Source: an uncultured Dehalococcoidia bacterium (GTDB taxonomy: Bacteria > Chloroflexota > Dehalococcoidia > Lucifugimonadales > UBA1127). From it: 64,000 nt of DNA. The notes under the pieces were generated by a model. The model had not been told where the DNA came from, ran no database searches, and saw only the letters and a list, made by a program, of their open reading frames with translations. The translations under genes were made by a program, and so were the position numbers. Shown one piece after another: positions 9,751-19,634 of the stretch. The first letter of the stretch is position 1; each line of letters opens with the position of its first letter. The stretch spans positions 112 to 64,111 of the forward strand of contig CAZVDP010000011.1 of NCBI GenBank assembly GCA_964625945.1, given 5' to 3'.

Positions 9751-10590
9751 ATGTCCTACACACTATATATTGTGGGCACTCCTATCGGGAATCTAGAGGA
9801 TGTGTCTCTGCGCTGCTTACGCATCTTGAGCGATGTCTCGTTGATCGCTGCGGAAGATACGCGTGTAACTAGAAAACTGCTCTCCCGTTACGATATCCAT
9901 ACACCTCTCACCAGCTTCAATCAACGTAACTGGAAAGGCAAGATGCCAAAGCTCCTCGAAGTACTAAAAACAGCAGATATTGCATTAGTTACTGACGCCG
10001 GCACTCCAAATATCAGTGACCCAGGCCACGAATTAACTACTGGTGCAGTTCGAGACGGAGCGCAACTTTCCGTAATTCCTGGCCCTTCTGCGCTTACAGC
10101 AGCAGTCTCTCTCTCCATGCTGCCATCAGACCGATTCATCTTCATCGGCTTTCTCCCACGAAGAACAACCCAGCGGCAGCGCGCTCTCATGGAACTTTCG
10201 GATCAACGAATCCCCATCGTTGCATTCGAATCACCGCATCGGCTGCTTGCCTGCATGAAAGATATCCTCAGCACGCTTGGCGACCGCCCGATAACGGTAT
10301 GTAGGGAACTTACCAAGGTACATGAAGAAGTATACCGCGGTACCGTCAGTGAAGCCTTACTCCACTTCAGTCATCCCAGAGGTGAATTCACTTTAGTCAT
10401 CCAAGGTGCCACAAATCTCAGACAGAGTCCGAATATTGACGCTGCGCAGCAAGCCCTGCTCGACTTATCACTGAGAGGGATGAGCGCAAAAGACTCGGTT
10501 GCACAAGTCTTCCCGTTGACTTCACTTTCCCGACGCGATCTCTACAAGCTCTGGCTGGCACTCCCGCGTCCGGAAGAGAGGAGCATCTAA
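9751..10590 (+). CDS. rsmI: 16S rRNA (cytidine1402-2'-O)-methyltransferase
   Basis: N-terminus LYIVGTPIGNLEDVSLRCLRIL...IAAEDTR is typical of the RsmI tetrapyrrole-methylase fold. Confidence 0.9.
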   Translation: MSYTLYIVGTPIGNLEDVSLRCLRILSDVSLIAAEDTRVTRKLLSRYDIHTPLTSFNQRNWKGKMPKLLEVLKTADIALVTDAGTPNISDPGHELTTGAVRDGAQLSVIPGPSALTAAVSLSMLPSDRFIFIGFLPRRTTQRQRALMELSDQRIPIVAFESPHRLLACMKDILSTLGDRPITVCRELTKVHEEVYRGTVSEALLHFSHPRGEFTLVIQGATNLRQSPNIDAAQQALLDLSLRGMSAKDSVAQVFPLTSLSRRDLYKLWLALPRPEERSI

Positions 10591-10593
10591 GGT

Positions 10594-11337
10594 ATGTCCT
10601 CCCCTGGAATGTTTCTAGCCAAACGGTTAAAAGCGCGCGCACTCCAAAAGCTAATCGAAGAACCAAGTGAGTTGCATGCGGCAGGACATACACTTTATCG
10701 AAAGCCTGGCAGCTGTATCTCTTCTAGCATCATAAGTCCAGAATTAGCTGCCTTCCTTGAACCTTACATAGCTCGCTCAGACTCGGGCGCAGTTGTTCTC
10801 TGGGATCATCCACGCGGCTATCTTATCCTGCCACCCTTCCCGGTCGAACAAGATGTCACTCTCCAGGGGTGGGACCTCGCCCCCTTGAAGGAGATAATGA
10901 GTAAACAATTAGTGATTGGTGTGATCTTAATCAGATTGGGGCGCTATGCGATCGGGGTCTATCGTGGGCAAACTCTCATTTCGTCAAAGACGGAAGGTAG
11001 ATACGTCCACGGGCGAAACCGAGCAGGAGGATCTTCACAGCGACGGTTTGAGAGACGCCGCCAAAAACAGATTGACCAACTCTTCGACAAAGTATGTCAC
11101 ATGGTCCGGAGTCACCTGGCGCCCTACGAAAAGCAACTAGAGCACCTCTTCCTAGGCGGGGAAGCCCACACTATCCGCTCTTTCCTGAAACACTGTGACA
11201 CTATCGACCAATTTACACCGCGGATCCGCCGTCCGATATTAAATATGCGCTCACCAAACCAAGCCTCCCTCGAAGAGGCAAGAACTGAGATCTGGGGAGG
11301 TCAAGTCTACGTGATATCTGAAGAGCCTCTCCCATAG
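10594..11337 (+). CDS. eRF1-central-domain-like protein (VLRF1/baeRF1-type; putative peptidyl-tRNA hydrolase or ribosome-rescue factor)
   Basis: The loop YVHGRNRAGGSSQRRFERRRQKQIDQLF resembles the eRF1 segment HGRGGQSALRFARLR and the Vms1 GxxQ loop. Starts 3 nt after the rsmI stop. Confidence 0.55.
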   Translation: MSSPGMFLAKRLKARALQKLIEEPSELHAAGHTLYRKPGSCISSSIISPELAAFLEPYIARSDSGAVVLWDHPRGYLILPPFPVEQDVTLQGWDLAPLKEIMSKQLVIGVILIRLGRYAIGVYRGQTLISSKTEGRYVHGRNRAGGSSQRRFERRRQKQIDQLFDKVCHMVRSHLAPYEKQLEHLFLGGEAHTIRSFLKHCDTIDQFTPRIRRPILNMRSPNQASLEEARTEIWGGQVYVISEEPLP

Positions 11338-11489
11338 ATCATCCTGTGGCCAGACAACGTGGTGAGATATCGCGAGGGATACCCTGTAATCGAAGCGATT
11401 CAGAACGCATAAAAGGATACGTATATAATCTGCCTGATTGACTCGCCGCATACATCCTAATCTACTCGGTGAATAAATTCTGAGGAGGA

Positions 11490-12848
11490 ATGCCAATGCT
11501 ATATGAATCGGAACAAGGAAACATCTCCATTGCACTAGCTGGCGACGCTATGATTACACGCCAGATGCGACCCTTCCGTGAGGAAAATTTCCTTAAGATG
11601 CAGAGTTTGCTACAAAATGCGGACGCGAGCATCGTGAACTTAGAGATGCTCTTCCACAACTACGAGATGAGTTGGCAAGGGAAATCTTCCTATTCATTTC
11701 AGGTGTCCTCGCCAAACAACCTTACTGACCTAAAATGGCTAGGCTTCGATGTGGTTACCACCGCGAACAATCATTCGTACGATTACTCCGAGACGGGATT
11801 CCTGGAAACATTAGCCCATTGTAAGGATCATGAATTACTACAAGCTGGAGGAGGAAACAATCTTAACGAAGCACGCGCGCCAGCGTATCTGGATACACGC
11901 GGCGGACGAGTCGCAGTAATGGCGGGAACCAGCACTTTCTCAGACGACTCTCGAGCCGGTCACGGGCGGCTTGATTTTCCGGGAAAACCTGGGGTCAACG
12001 CTCTACGTCACAACACAGTACACTACGTCCAAAAGCACGTGTTTGACGCGTTGGGAACGGCCAAGGTCGAGCTCGGTTACAGCGAGAAAGAAAGGGTTGC
12101 CCGGGAATTCGTTCCTATTGCCTCCTCTCCTCCAGTTGACCCGGCCACCGATCTTCACCTATTCGGCAATCATTTCCGGATTAGCGAACGCTACTCGATC
12201 GAAACTCAGTGTCACCGAGAAGATCTAGAGGGAATCGCTCACTGGCTACGAGGAGCCGAGAAACAGGCTGATTGGCGAATCTATGGACTGCATTGTCACG
12301 AAAGTGGCACCTCCGGGGAATTCCATGGTGGCTCAAGAATTGCGCCTCCGAAATTCCTTGAGGAATTCGCGCGCTTTACAATAGACCAAGGATGTCAAAT
12401 GTTTTTCGCGCATGGCCCTCATTTCTTGCGTGGGATCGAGATCTACAAAAACCGTCCAATCTTCTATAGTCTGGGCAATTTCATCTTCCAAAACGAGACG
12501 GTCCAATGGGTTCCGGAACCTGCATACTCTGGGCTTAGCCTAGGCCACCATGACACACCAGGAGATTGGGGTTGGGCACGTTCTGATGGCGCGAGATACG
12601 GATTCGCCGCAGATCCGGTATTTTATCGGAGCGTTCTTCCTGTTTGCACCTATTCAAATGGCGATCTGAAAGACATAAAGCTTTATCCACTAGATTTAGG
12701 TTTTCGGCGCCCAATCGGACAGCGCGGTAGACCCATGTTGGCCGGGCATACCGTTGCCCAACAAGTATTGAAGTGGTTACAAGATGTCTCTCGACCCTAC
12801 GGTACCGAGATTGCGATTAAAGGGGACGTTGGCGTAATTCAACTTTAG
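11490..12848 (+). CDS. CapA-family (PGA_cap) metallophosphoesterase-like protein
   Basis: TTANNHSYDY, and later YGLHCHE / FAHGPH metal-ligand-like motifs. RBS GAGGAGG lies upstream of ATG 11490. Confidence 0.7.
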   Translation: MPMLYESEQGNISIALAGDAMITRQMRPFREENFLKMQSLLQNADASIVNLEMLFHNYEMSWQGKSSYSFQVSSPNNLTDLKWLGFDVVTTANNHSYDYSETGFLETLAHCKDHELLQAGGGNNLNEARAPAYLDTRGGRVAVMAGTSTFSDDSRAGHGRLDFPGKPGVNALRHNTVHYVQKHVFDALGTAKVELGYSEKERVAREFVPIASSPPVDPATDLHLFGNHFRISERYSIETQCHREDLEGIAHWLRGAEKQADWRIYGLHCHESGTSGEFHGGSRIAPPKFLEEFARFTIDQGCQMFFAHGPHFLRGIEIYKNRPIFYSLGNFIFQNETVQWVPEPAYSGLSLGHHDTPGDWGWARSDGARYGFAADPVFYRSVLPVCTYSNGDLKDIKLYPLDLGFRRPIGQRGRPMLAGHTVAQQVLKWLQDVSRPYGTEIAIKGDVGVIQL

Positions 12849-12887
12849 TCGTCCGCACCCGCGGCGTTACAACGCAGAAGCCAACTC

Positions 12888-12926
12888 TAGGATATTAGCT
12901 TAGACAATATCTAAGCTAATATCCTA
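12888..12926. terminator. 17-bp perfect inverted repeat between convergent genes (possible bidirectional terminator)
   Basis: taggatattagcttaga / caata / tctaagctaatatccta. The right arm is the last 5 codons plus the stop of the minus-strand amidohydrolase. The stem is AT-rich. Confidence 0.5.
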
Positions 12927-14110
12927 TCTCCATACAGCTTCACGGAATTGTCCCACAAAATCTTCCGCTTGGAGGATTCCGGAATATCCTGTTCTAATAA
13001 ACTCTCAACTGCACGGTCAGGATCTGGAGCATCATCATGAGGGTAATCAGTGTTCCATACAATGTAGTCCTCACCGACTAGCAGTACGGAGGCTTTTAAT
13101 CCGAATTCATCACCATCACAAGCCACAAAGCCTTGCCGTTTAAAATACTCACTTGGTTTAAGAGGAAGAGCCTCGGAATCAAACCACATACCTTGTCGGC
13201 TATTTCTTAGGCAGTGGTCATCGAGTCGACCAAGCCAGAACGGAAGCCAGCCCGCGTTACCTTCTAGAAGCGAAATGCGCATTTTGGGAAACTTCTCTAA
13301 GAGTCCCAGCAGTACCATGTGCCCTAAGGAAATCATATTTTCAAAAGAGAACCCCATCGCATGTTCCAGTGCCACTTCCGGGCCCGAGACCATATGACGA
13401 GGTTGATATCGGGTGCCCACATGCGGATCTCCACTACGGACACCGTGGAAAGACATAGGGAAATCCAGTTCCTCTGCTAACGCCCAGAAGGAATCATAGT
13501 CGGCGTGGTTCCAAGGCCGCCCTTTCGCAGGTCTAGGAACCACTACTGTCACCGCGCCTAGTTCCTCGATAACTCTACGCGCTTCCTTAACAAGTCCCGG
13601 AATATCATGTTGATCCGGCATAACTCCAACCATTTTGAGTTTTGAAGCGTCAGTATCCGCAAAGGACCTAGCCCAATTGTTGTAGGCACGCGCACAAGCC
13701 CAGAGAAGATCCTGATCCGCGCCTTCAGTAATCGCTCGCATCGGAAGAGGAAAATTGTCGATCAGAACTTGTTTATCCCATCCATAGCGGTCCATGTCGA
13801 AGACTCGACTTTCGGCCGAAAATTCCGCTTCGAATGCCTCACCGAATTTCTGGGGGATGAAATCCTCTACCTTCTGAACAGCCTTGCGCTTGTTGTCACC
13901 GCCCTGAATTGTTCCCTTTCTTCGGGTACCTTCCGGGAATAGTTCCCCTGGGAGAAACCACATGCCTTTCCCGCCAGACCATTCCCATTCTTCTCGAGGC
14001 CCCACTTTGGGGCGCCTGTCGTAATACTCGGACTCCATAAAGTCACTCCATAAATCATAAGGCTCAGCAATGTGTGCATCGGCATCAAGGACTTTATACG
14101 TCTTATACAT
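12911..14110 (-). CDS. amidohydrolase-2 (ACMSD-like) family metal-dependent hydrolase/decarboxylase
   Basis: N-terminal VLDADAHIAEP, C-terminal WNTDYPHDD; TIM-barrel amidohydrolase_2 signature. Confidence 0.75.
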   Translation of the reverse strand: MYKTYKVLDADAHIAEPYDLWSDFMESEYYDRRPKVGPREEWEWSGGKGMWFLPGELFPEGTRRKGTIQGGDNKRKAVQKVEDFIPQKFGEAFEAEFSAESRVFDMDRYGWDKQVLIDNFPLPMRAITEGADQDLLWACARAYNNWARSFADTDASKLKMVGVMPDQHDIPGLVKEARRVIEELGAVTVVVPRPAKGRPWNHADYDSFWALAEELDFPMSFHGVRSGDPHVGTRYQPRHMVSGPEVALEHAMGFSFENMISLGHMVLLGLLEKFPKMRISLLEGNAGWLPFWLGRLDDHCLRNSRQGMWFDSEALPLKPSEYFKRQGFVACDGDEFGLKASVLLVGEDYIVWNTDYPHDDAPDPDRAVESLLEQDIPESSKRKILWDNSVKLYGDRILA

Positions 14111-14201
14111 TGGATATCCTCCTTAGGCAAAATGACAATTCGCACTGTAGGGCTGCAAGCACGCCATGTCAAGAATCGCCGCGAGCCGCTACCGTCGGAT
14201 A

Positions 14202-14210
14202 TGTTAGAAT
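14202..14210 (+). promoter_or_regulatory. candidate extended -10 promoter element for metG
   Basis: TGTTAGAAT (TGnTAnAAT pattern) 65 nt upstream of the metG ATG. No good -35. Confidence 0.3.
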
Positions 14211-14274
14211 CTCTTCTCAAGACCGAGGCCTCCGCCCGCGAGTCACGACTCTAAAATTTCGAGGCGCAGTGAGA

Positions 14275-15981
14275 ATGAAGGAACGTGTATTAATAGGTGT
14301 GGCGTGGCCCTACGCTAACGGCTCTCTGCATATTGGCCACATTGCGGGGGCGTACCTTCCCGCTGACATCTTCGCCCGGTACCATCGCTTGAACGGCAAT
14401 CATGTGCTCATGGTTTCAGGAAGCGACCAACATGGAACACCCATCACAATACGTGCTGAACAAGAAGGCGTAACTCCCAAGGAACTGGTCGCAAAGTATC
14501 ATGCGGAGTTCGTTGAGATATGGGACCGTCTGGGAATTTCTTGGGACTGCTTTACATCGACAGGAACGGATAACCACCGGGAAGTAGTCCACGACATCTT
14601 CACTAAGTTATACAAGCGTGATTATATTCGCGCTGAAACAACTAGCCATCCATACTGCGAGCAGGATCGTCGCTTCCTCCCGGATCGCTACGTCGAAGGA
14701 ACCTGTCCAAATTGCAACTATCACCTAGCTAGGGGTGACCAATGTGAGAAATGCGGCCAGCCCAGAGACCCAGAGGAGTTGATTGATTGGCGCTGCCGAA
14801 TCTGTGGGACGGCTCCGATTCTCCGCGAGTCAGAGCATTTCTTTTTGCGTCTGAGCATGCTGAGAGATGTGCTAATCCCGTGGGTTAAGCAGGCTGACGG
14901 CCGCTGGAGAGCAAACGTCCATCGCTTCACGCTTAACTGGATCACAAGCGAACTAAAGGATCGACCGATTACGAGGGATATCGATTGGGGCGTGTCCGTA
15001 CCCTTAGATGGCTATCAAGACAAGCGGATCTATGTTTGGTTCGAAGCGGTCATCGGCTACTTGTCAGCTTCAATCGAATGGGCTAAACAACAACGGAAAC
15101 CTGATGAATGGAGACGATTCTGGCAGGACCCAGCCTGCAAATCTTATTACTTCATAGGCAAGGATAACATCGCTTTCCACGCAATCATCTGGCCAGCGAT
15201 GCTGATGGCATATGGTTCCTATGATCCGAAGGGTAAGAAAGGGGAATACAACTTACCATTTGACATTCCTTCCAATGAATTTCTCACCCTCCAAGGCGAG
15301 AAGATCTCAACATCACAGAATTGGGCTGTTTGGGTCTCGGATTACCTCGAGCGTTTTGAGCCAGATCCGCTCCGATTTTACTTCTCGGCCAACATGCCCG
15401 AGTCAGGGGATGCCGACTTCTCATGGGCAGAGTTCGTACGTAGAAATAATGATGAACTGGTCGCGACATACGGCAACTTGGTCCATCGAGTCCTAACTCT
15501 GATAACTCGTTACTTTGAGGGGATTGTTCCTAGAGCCCAATCCCTATCTCACCAGGACACAGCACTGATGGAGCTTGCTACAGTGACCCTCGGAGCCGTA
15601 AGCGATAGTTTGGCAAAATGTCGGTTCCGAGAAGCTATCTCGATCGCTATGAGGCTGGCATCCGAGACAAACCGGTACCTCGACAAAAAGGCTCCGTGGC
15701 ATGAGGTCAAAGAAGACACAGCTCTCGCTGCTAACACATTGTGGACTGCTCTTAACTCGATCTCCACCTTGAAGACGGTCCTTTCACCATTCCTGCCATT
15801 TACTAGTAGAAAACTCCATGCTATGGCCGGATTCCCAAAAACCATCGAAGAAATCGGCTGGGAAATCCAACCCCCCCAGGTAGGCCAGGTGATCTCCAAC
15901 CCTACCCCGCTGTTCTCGAAAATCGACCCCGCAGTAGTGGAGCGCGAAGAACAACTGCTTGCCACGCGTAGTGGCCGATGA
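14275..15981 (+). CDS. metG: methionyl-tRNA synthetase
   Basis: Track ORF 14074..15981. The conserved region begins at ATG 14275 (MKERVLIGVAWPYANGSLHIGHIAG). Zinc knuckle CPNCNYHLARGDQCEKCG and a KMSKS-like KISTS. Confidence 0.95.
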   Translation: MKERVLIGVAWPYANGSLHIGHIAGAYLPADIFARYHRLNGNHVLMVSGSDQHGTPITIRAEQEGVTPKELVAKYHAEFVEIWDRLGISWDCFTSTGTDNHREVVHDIFTKLYKRDYIRAETTSHPYCEQDRRFLPDRYVEGTCPNCNYHLARGDQCEKCGQPRDPEELIDWRCRICGTAPILRESEHFFLRLSMLRDVLIPWVKQADGRWRANVHRFTLNWITSELKDRPITRDIDWGVSVPLDGYQDKRIYVWFEAVIGYLSASIEWAKQQRKPDEWRRFWQDPACKSYYFIGKDNIAFHAIIWPAMLMAYGSYDPKGKKGEYNLPFDIPSNEFLTLQGEKISTSQNWAVWVSDYLERFEPDPLRFYFSANMPESGDADFSWAEFVRRNNDELVATYGNLVHRVLTLITRYFEGIVPRAQSLSHQDTALMELATVTLGAVSDSLAKCRFREAISIAMRLASETNRYLDKKAPWHEVKEDTALAANTLWTALNSISTLKTVLSPFLPFTSRKLHAMAGFPKTIEEIGWEIQPPQVGQVISNPTPLFSKIDPAVVEREEQLLATRSGR

Positions 15982-16979
15982 GAACCTCTCACGACAGGGC
16001 ACGTTCACTTCAAGAAGCTTTCGCGCGATTCGCCCCATTGGTGCGCAAGGACCTTACAAAGGTAAGAAGGAATCTTGACGTCTTACCCAAAACTGCTCCC
16101 CATCTACTCAAGAAAATTTTGGAACATTCGGTCATGTCTCCTGGCAAGTTGATGCGCCCTGCTCTCGTCATCTTGGGCACTCAGCTTCATGCAAAGCCGA
16201 ATGCAGGAACAATCCTAGTTGCAACAGGAATGGAATTACTACATATCGCCTCACTCATCCACGACGACACGGTAGACGAAGCCGCCCTCCGACGCGGTCG
16301 AAAAACTGTCGCACGTACATGGGGATCACAATTAGCAGTACTCACCGGAGATTATGTTTTCGCCTCAGCGGCTAAGTTCGTCTGCGACACAGGTAGCATA
16401 CAACTTGTCCGCCGTTTTGCTGAGACGATAATGGATCTTTCTAGCGGGGAACTTATGGAACGGTTCTCGGCTTTCAACCCGAATCAGAAGTGGCCCGACT
16501 ATCAAGATCGAATCTTTAAGAAGACCGCTTCATTATTTGCCGCATCGGCTGAGTCTAGTGCGCTCCTGCATAATGCTTCATTAGAAACAATCTCTGCCCT
16601 GAGATCCTACGGAACAAACATGGGAATGGCCTTCCAAATCGTCGACGATATTCTTGATTTTACTGGAGCATCAGATGCGTTCGGGAAACCCGTCGGGCAA
16701 GATCTGGCAAACGGAACCCTGACCCTTCCATCGATCCTATTACTCGAGCAATATCCAAAACAAAACCCGATCAAAGCCTTATTTGCCCAAGAGGACATTG
16801 AATCCAATCTACGCTGGGCCTTGGAGATGGTTAATAACTCAACTGTCATCAAGGATTCTTACACGGTGGCAAATCATTACAGGGACAAAGCAATAAAGTC
16901 GCTGGATCTGTTCCCGGATTTACTACCAAAGGAAGCTCTAATCGAGATGGCGGAATACGCCCTGTCGCGCGATAGGTGA
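15978..16979 (+). CDS. polyprenyl diphosphate synthase (hepta/octaprenyl-type)
   Basis: Two Asp-rich motifs, LIHDDTVDEAALRRG and FQIVDDILD. The ATG overlaps the metG TGA (ATGA). Confidence 0.9.
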   Translation: MRTSHDRARSLQEAFARFAPLVRKDLTKVRRNLDVLPKTAPHLLKKILEHSVMSPGKLMRPALVILGTQLHAKPNAGTILVATGMELLHIASLIHDDTVDEAALRRGRKTVARTWGSQLAVLTGDYVFASAAKFVCDTGSIQLVRRFAETIMDLSSGELMERFSAFNPNQKWPDYQDRIFKKTASLFAASAESSALLHNASLETISALRSYGTNMGMAFQIVDDILDFTGASDAFGKPVGQDLANGTLTLPSILLLEQYPKQNPIKALFAQEDIESNLRWALEMVNNSTVIKDSYTVANHYRDKAIKSLDLFPDLLPKEALIEMAEYALSRDR

Positions 16980-17046
16980 CCGGATAACAAGCTGTTCCGA
17001 TGGGATCTTATCTATAACCGCTAACCTCTGGCAGCTACTCGAACTA

Positions 17047-18621
17047 TTACCCTTCCCACACCACCTGCCCATTGATAACTGTCGCTAGGACCTTATTTTC
17101 ATTCCATTGTCCGATGTTAGTATCAAAAGGATCTTGATTAAGAACAACCATATCTGCTAGCATCCCAGGCCGAATACTGCCCATGAAGTGTGACGCACCA
17201 GCAGCCCTCGCTCCTCCTTGGATCGCTATTCGGATAGCTTCTTCTACGCCAACCCCTTCATTGGGTGAACCAAGCATATTGCCAGCCTGAGTTCGTCGAG
17301 TCACCGCAGAGTACAACTCTACGAGCGGGTTCGGCATTTCAACAGGTGAATCTGACCCGAATGCAAGATCGAGTCCAGCGTTGTGTAAAGATCCTATCCT
17401 GTAGAGCCATTGGTGATCGTCAGCAGGGATCGCCCTTTGGTACCGCTCGCCGGAGTAATAGATAAACCCAGGATTCGTGACCACCATTGCCCCTGCCTCA
17501 CGAATTTCCCGAAAAGATTCCGGCGGTAACTCCGAAGCGTGTTCTATGCGGTGTACGACTTTCCCGTGGGCCGGGTTCGCATGATCTTTCAGAGCTTTTG
17601 CGACGGCGTGAACTGTATGAGCTTCTACAGCATGGATGGCGACCGGGAATCCATGTCTTTGAGCAGCTGACAGGGAAGATAAAAGTTCCACCCCCGGATC
17701 GGGCATTATTTCGCCCGTAATAGTGCTCATCACGATTTTTGCATGTCCCAGCCACAATTTAGGCGACCCGCCACCATACATTAATCCCCGATCTACAAAG
17801 TCATTAAGGTTTTGTATTCCAGGCAGAAATACGACTCTCGAGGCAATCTTATCATTCTGTATAAACGAGGATAATAGGTCCCAACGAGAAGTATTGTTTA
17901 ATGCCGACGCGTCTTGGACAGTCGTAAGACCATGGGACAGCAACCAAGAATCAGCGAATTCGATTCCTCGTGTTAATTCTGAGCTAGACAGGCGCGGAAT
18001 ACGACTATCGATGTATTCATCCATCTCAAACAAGAGGCCAGTAGGCTGCCCGTCTTGGTCTCGTTCGATCCTTCCGTCAATCGGGTCAGGAGTTTCGCCA
18101 CGAATCCCTACCGCTCGTAATCCAGCGCTGTTGAGAACCATGGCATGTCCCGAACGATGGGTCAATTTCACCGGGTTCACAGGCGTCACTGAGTCCAAGT
18201 CATTTCGGTTTGGATGGCGGCCCTCCGTCAACGCGCTGTCATCATAGCCCCATCCCCGAATCCAAACTCCCGGCGGGGTGCGTTTGACTAGGTCTGAAAC
18301 CGTATAACTTAATTCCTTGAGTGACGTAACGGCGGTCGCCGTGCAGTCCAACGAAATGAGCCGGGAAGCGAGGCCGAGAAGGTGGAGATGTGCGTCATGA
18401 AAGCCTGGAAGGACGGTCGCTCCTCCAGCATCTAATACCTTTGTTCCTGGTTTTCTCAGTCCGGATACCTCATCCTGACGCCCGAGATAAACGATCACCC
18501 CTTTCTGAACACCAATCAGCCCAACATGCTTTTCAAGCGAAGGCCCCAGTGGGTAGACAACTGCGTTATGGATAATCAAATCGAGGGGCTCCAAAGCGGC
18601 CCTCCAGAACGAGGTCAACAC
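17047..18621 (-). CDS. amidohydrolase-3 family (YtcJ-like metal-dependent hydrolase)
   Basis: GFHDAHLHL metal motif, typical length, and the C-terminal GSIRPGMLADMVVL motif of this family. Confidence 0.75.
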   Translation of the reverse strand: MLTSFWRAALEPLDLIIHNAVVYPLGPSLEKHVGLIGVQKGVIVYLGRQDEVSGLRKPGTKVLDAGGATVLPGFHDAHLHLLGLASRLISLDCTATAVTSLKELSYTVSDLVKRTPPGVWIRGWGYDDSALTEGRHPNRNDLDSVTPVNPVKLTHRSGHAMVLNSAGLRAVGIRGETPDPIDGRIERDQDGQPTGLLFEMDEYIDSRIPRLSSSELTRGIEFADSWLLSHGLTTVQDASALNNTSRWDLLSSFIQNDKIASRVVFLPGIQNLNDFVDRGLMYGGGSPKLWLGHAKIVMSTITGEIMPDPGVELLSSLSAAQRHGFPVAIHAVEAHTVHAVAKALKDHANPAHGKVVHRIEHASELPPESFREIREAGAMVVTNPGFIYYSGERYQRAIPADDHQWLYRIGSLHNAGLDLAFGSDSPVEMPNPLVELYSAVTRRTQAGNMLGSPNEGVGVEEAIRIAIQGGARAAGASHFMGSIRPGMLADMVVLNQDPFDTNIGQWNENKVLATVINGQVVWEG

Positions 18622-18642
18622 CTCATGCAGAAAGAAAGAGAA

Positions 18643-19548
18643 TTAACGGGAACCAGTTAGATTAACGATTTGTGCGGCAGCTGCCTGTTCATCAGCATGG
18701 TATGAACTCCTTACAAGAGGACCTGATGCCACGTGACGAAATCCAAGACGCATTCCGTCTCGCTGAAGCTCTGCGAATTCATCCGGATGGTAGTACTTCG
18801 CAAGAGGGAAGTGAACGGCAGACGGACGCAAATATTGGCCTATAGTGAGAAGCTGACAGCCGGACGTCCTGAGGTCCGTCATTGTTTCCCGGATCTCATC
18901 GACTGTCTCCCCTAGTCCCACCATCATCCCGGACTTAGTCGGTATATCTGGGGCCATCAAGGAAGAAAGTTCTAGGAATCTCAAAGATCTCTCGTAGTTG
19001 CCTTGCGGCCTGACTCTGCCATAAATTCTTCTGACCGTCTCAATATTATGGTTTAACACATCAGGACGCGCTTCTAGAACGGTCGCGAGTGCTTGTTTAC
19101 TTCCCCTGAAGTCAGGAGTGAGCACTTCAATCTTACATGTCGGCAGATAAAGCCGGATTCTCCGTATACATTCGGCGAAGATTTCTGCGCCCCCATCAGG
19201 GAGATCGCCGCGGTTCACGGAGGTAATCACCACATACCGCAAACCTAGATGCTCCACGGTTCTAGCTAGCCTCTCAGGTTCTCCCAAGTCTAGAGGAGAA
19301 GGACGGCCAGTCTTAACGGCACAATAATGGCATCTCCATGTACACGTATCACCGAGGATCATGAACGTCGCGGTTAGGCGGTCCCAACAGTCTCCGATAT
19401 TGGGGCAGCGAGCTTCTTCACAAACAGTATGTAAGTCTCCGTCCCGAATCAGGCTCTGCAATTGATGGAAGTTGCCCCCTGCAGGCATTGGCACCTTCAG
19501 CCACTCGGGGAGCCGTCGATGTGTTGACGCATTCTTTTGAGCAGACAT
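18643..19548 (-). CDS. lipA: lipoyl synthase
   Basis: Track ORF 18643..19710. The conserved part begins at ATG 19548 (MSAQKN...RLPEWLK). Motifs CEEARCPNIGDC and radical-SAM CTWRCHYC. The longer ORF would overlap gltX. Confidence 0.95.
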   Translation of the reverse strand: MSAQKNASTHRRLPEWLKVPMPAGGNFHQLQSLIRDGDLHTVCEEARCPNIGDCWDRLTATFMILGDTCTWRCHYCAVKTGRPSPLDLGEPERLARTVEHLGLRYVVITSVNRGDLPDGGAEIFAECIRRIRLYLPTCKIEVLTPDFRGSKQALATVLEARPDVLNHNIETVRRIYGRVRPQGNYERSLRFLELSSLMAPDIPTKSGMMVGLGETVDEIRETMTDLRTSGCQLLTIGQYLRPSAVHFPLAKYYHPDEFAELQRDGMRLGFRHVASGPLVRSSYHADEQAAAAQIVNLTGSR

Positions 19549-19588
19549 GGATAATATGATACCAGACGTAATGCATATTCCTCTAGGG

Positions 19589-19617
19589 TTGGGGATGATG
19601 TCAGCCGCTGGTACAAT
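19589..19617 (+). promoter_or_regulatory. candidate sigma70-type promoter of gltX
   Basis: TTGGGG (19589-19594), 17-nt spacer, TACAAT (19612-19617) with an upstream TG. About 18 nt before the gltX ATG region, which carries GGAGGAG. Confidence 0.4.
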
Positions 19618-19634
19618 GGGCTTGGAGGAGTAGC

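Noticed and set aside
14111-14274. T-box leader upstream of metG (and likewise upstream of gltX, 19549-19634)
   Set aside because: Both regions are too short and lack the conserved T-box sequence (AAUUAGGGUGGUACCGCG-like) and a specifier-loop architecture.
14074-14274. N-terminal extensions in the ORF track (metG from 14074, lipA to 19710, ahcY from 174, DUF4392-like to 47955, SDR to 21986, and others)
   Set aside because: The extensions lack homology to the families, overlap neighbouring genes or promoters, and internal starts have good SD sequences at correct spacing.
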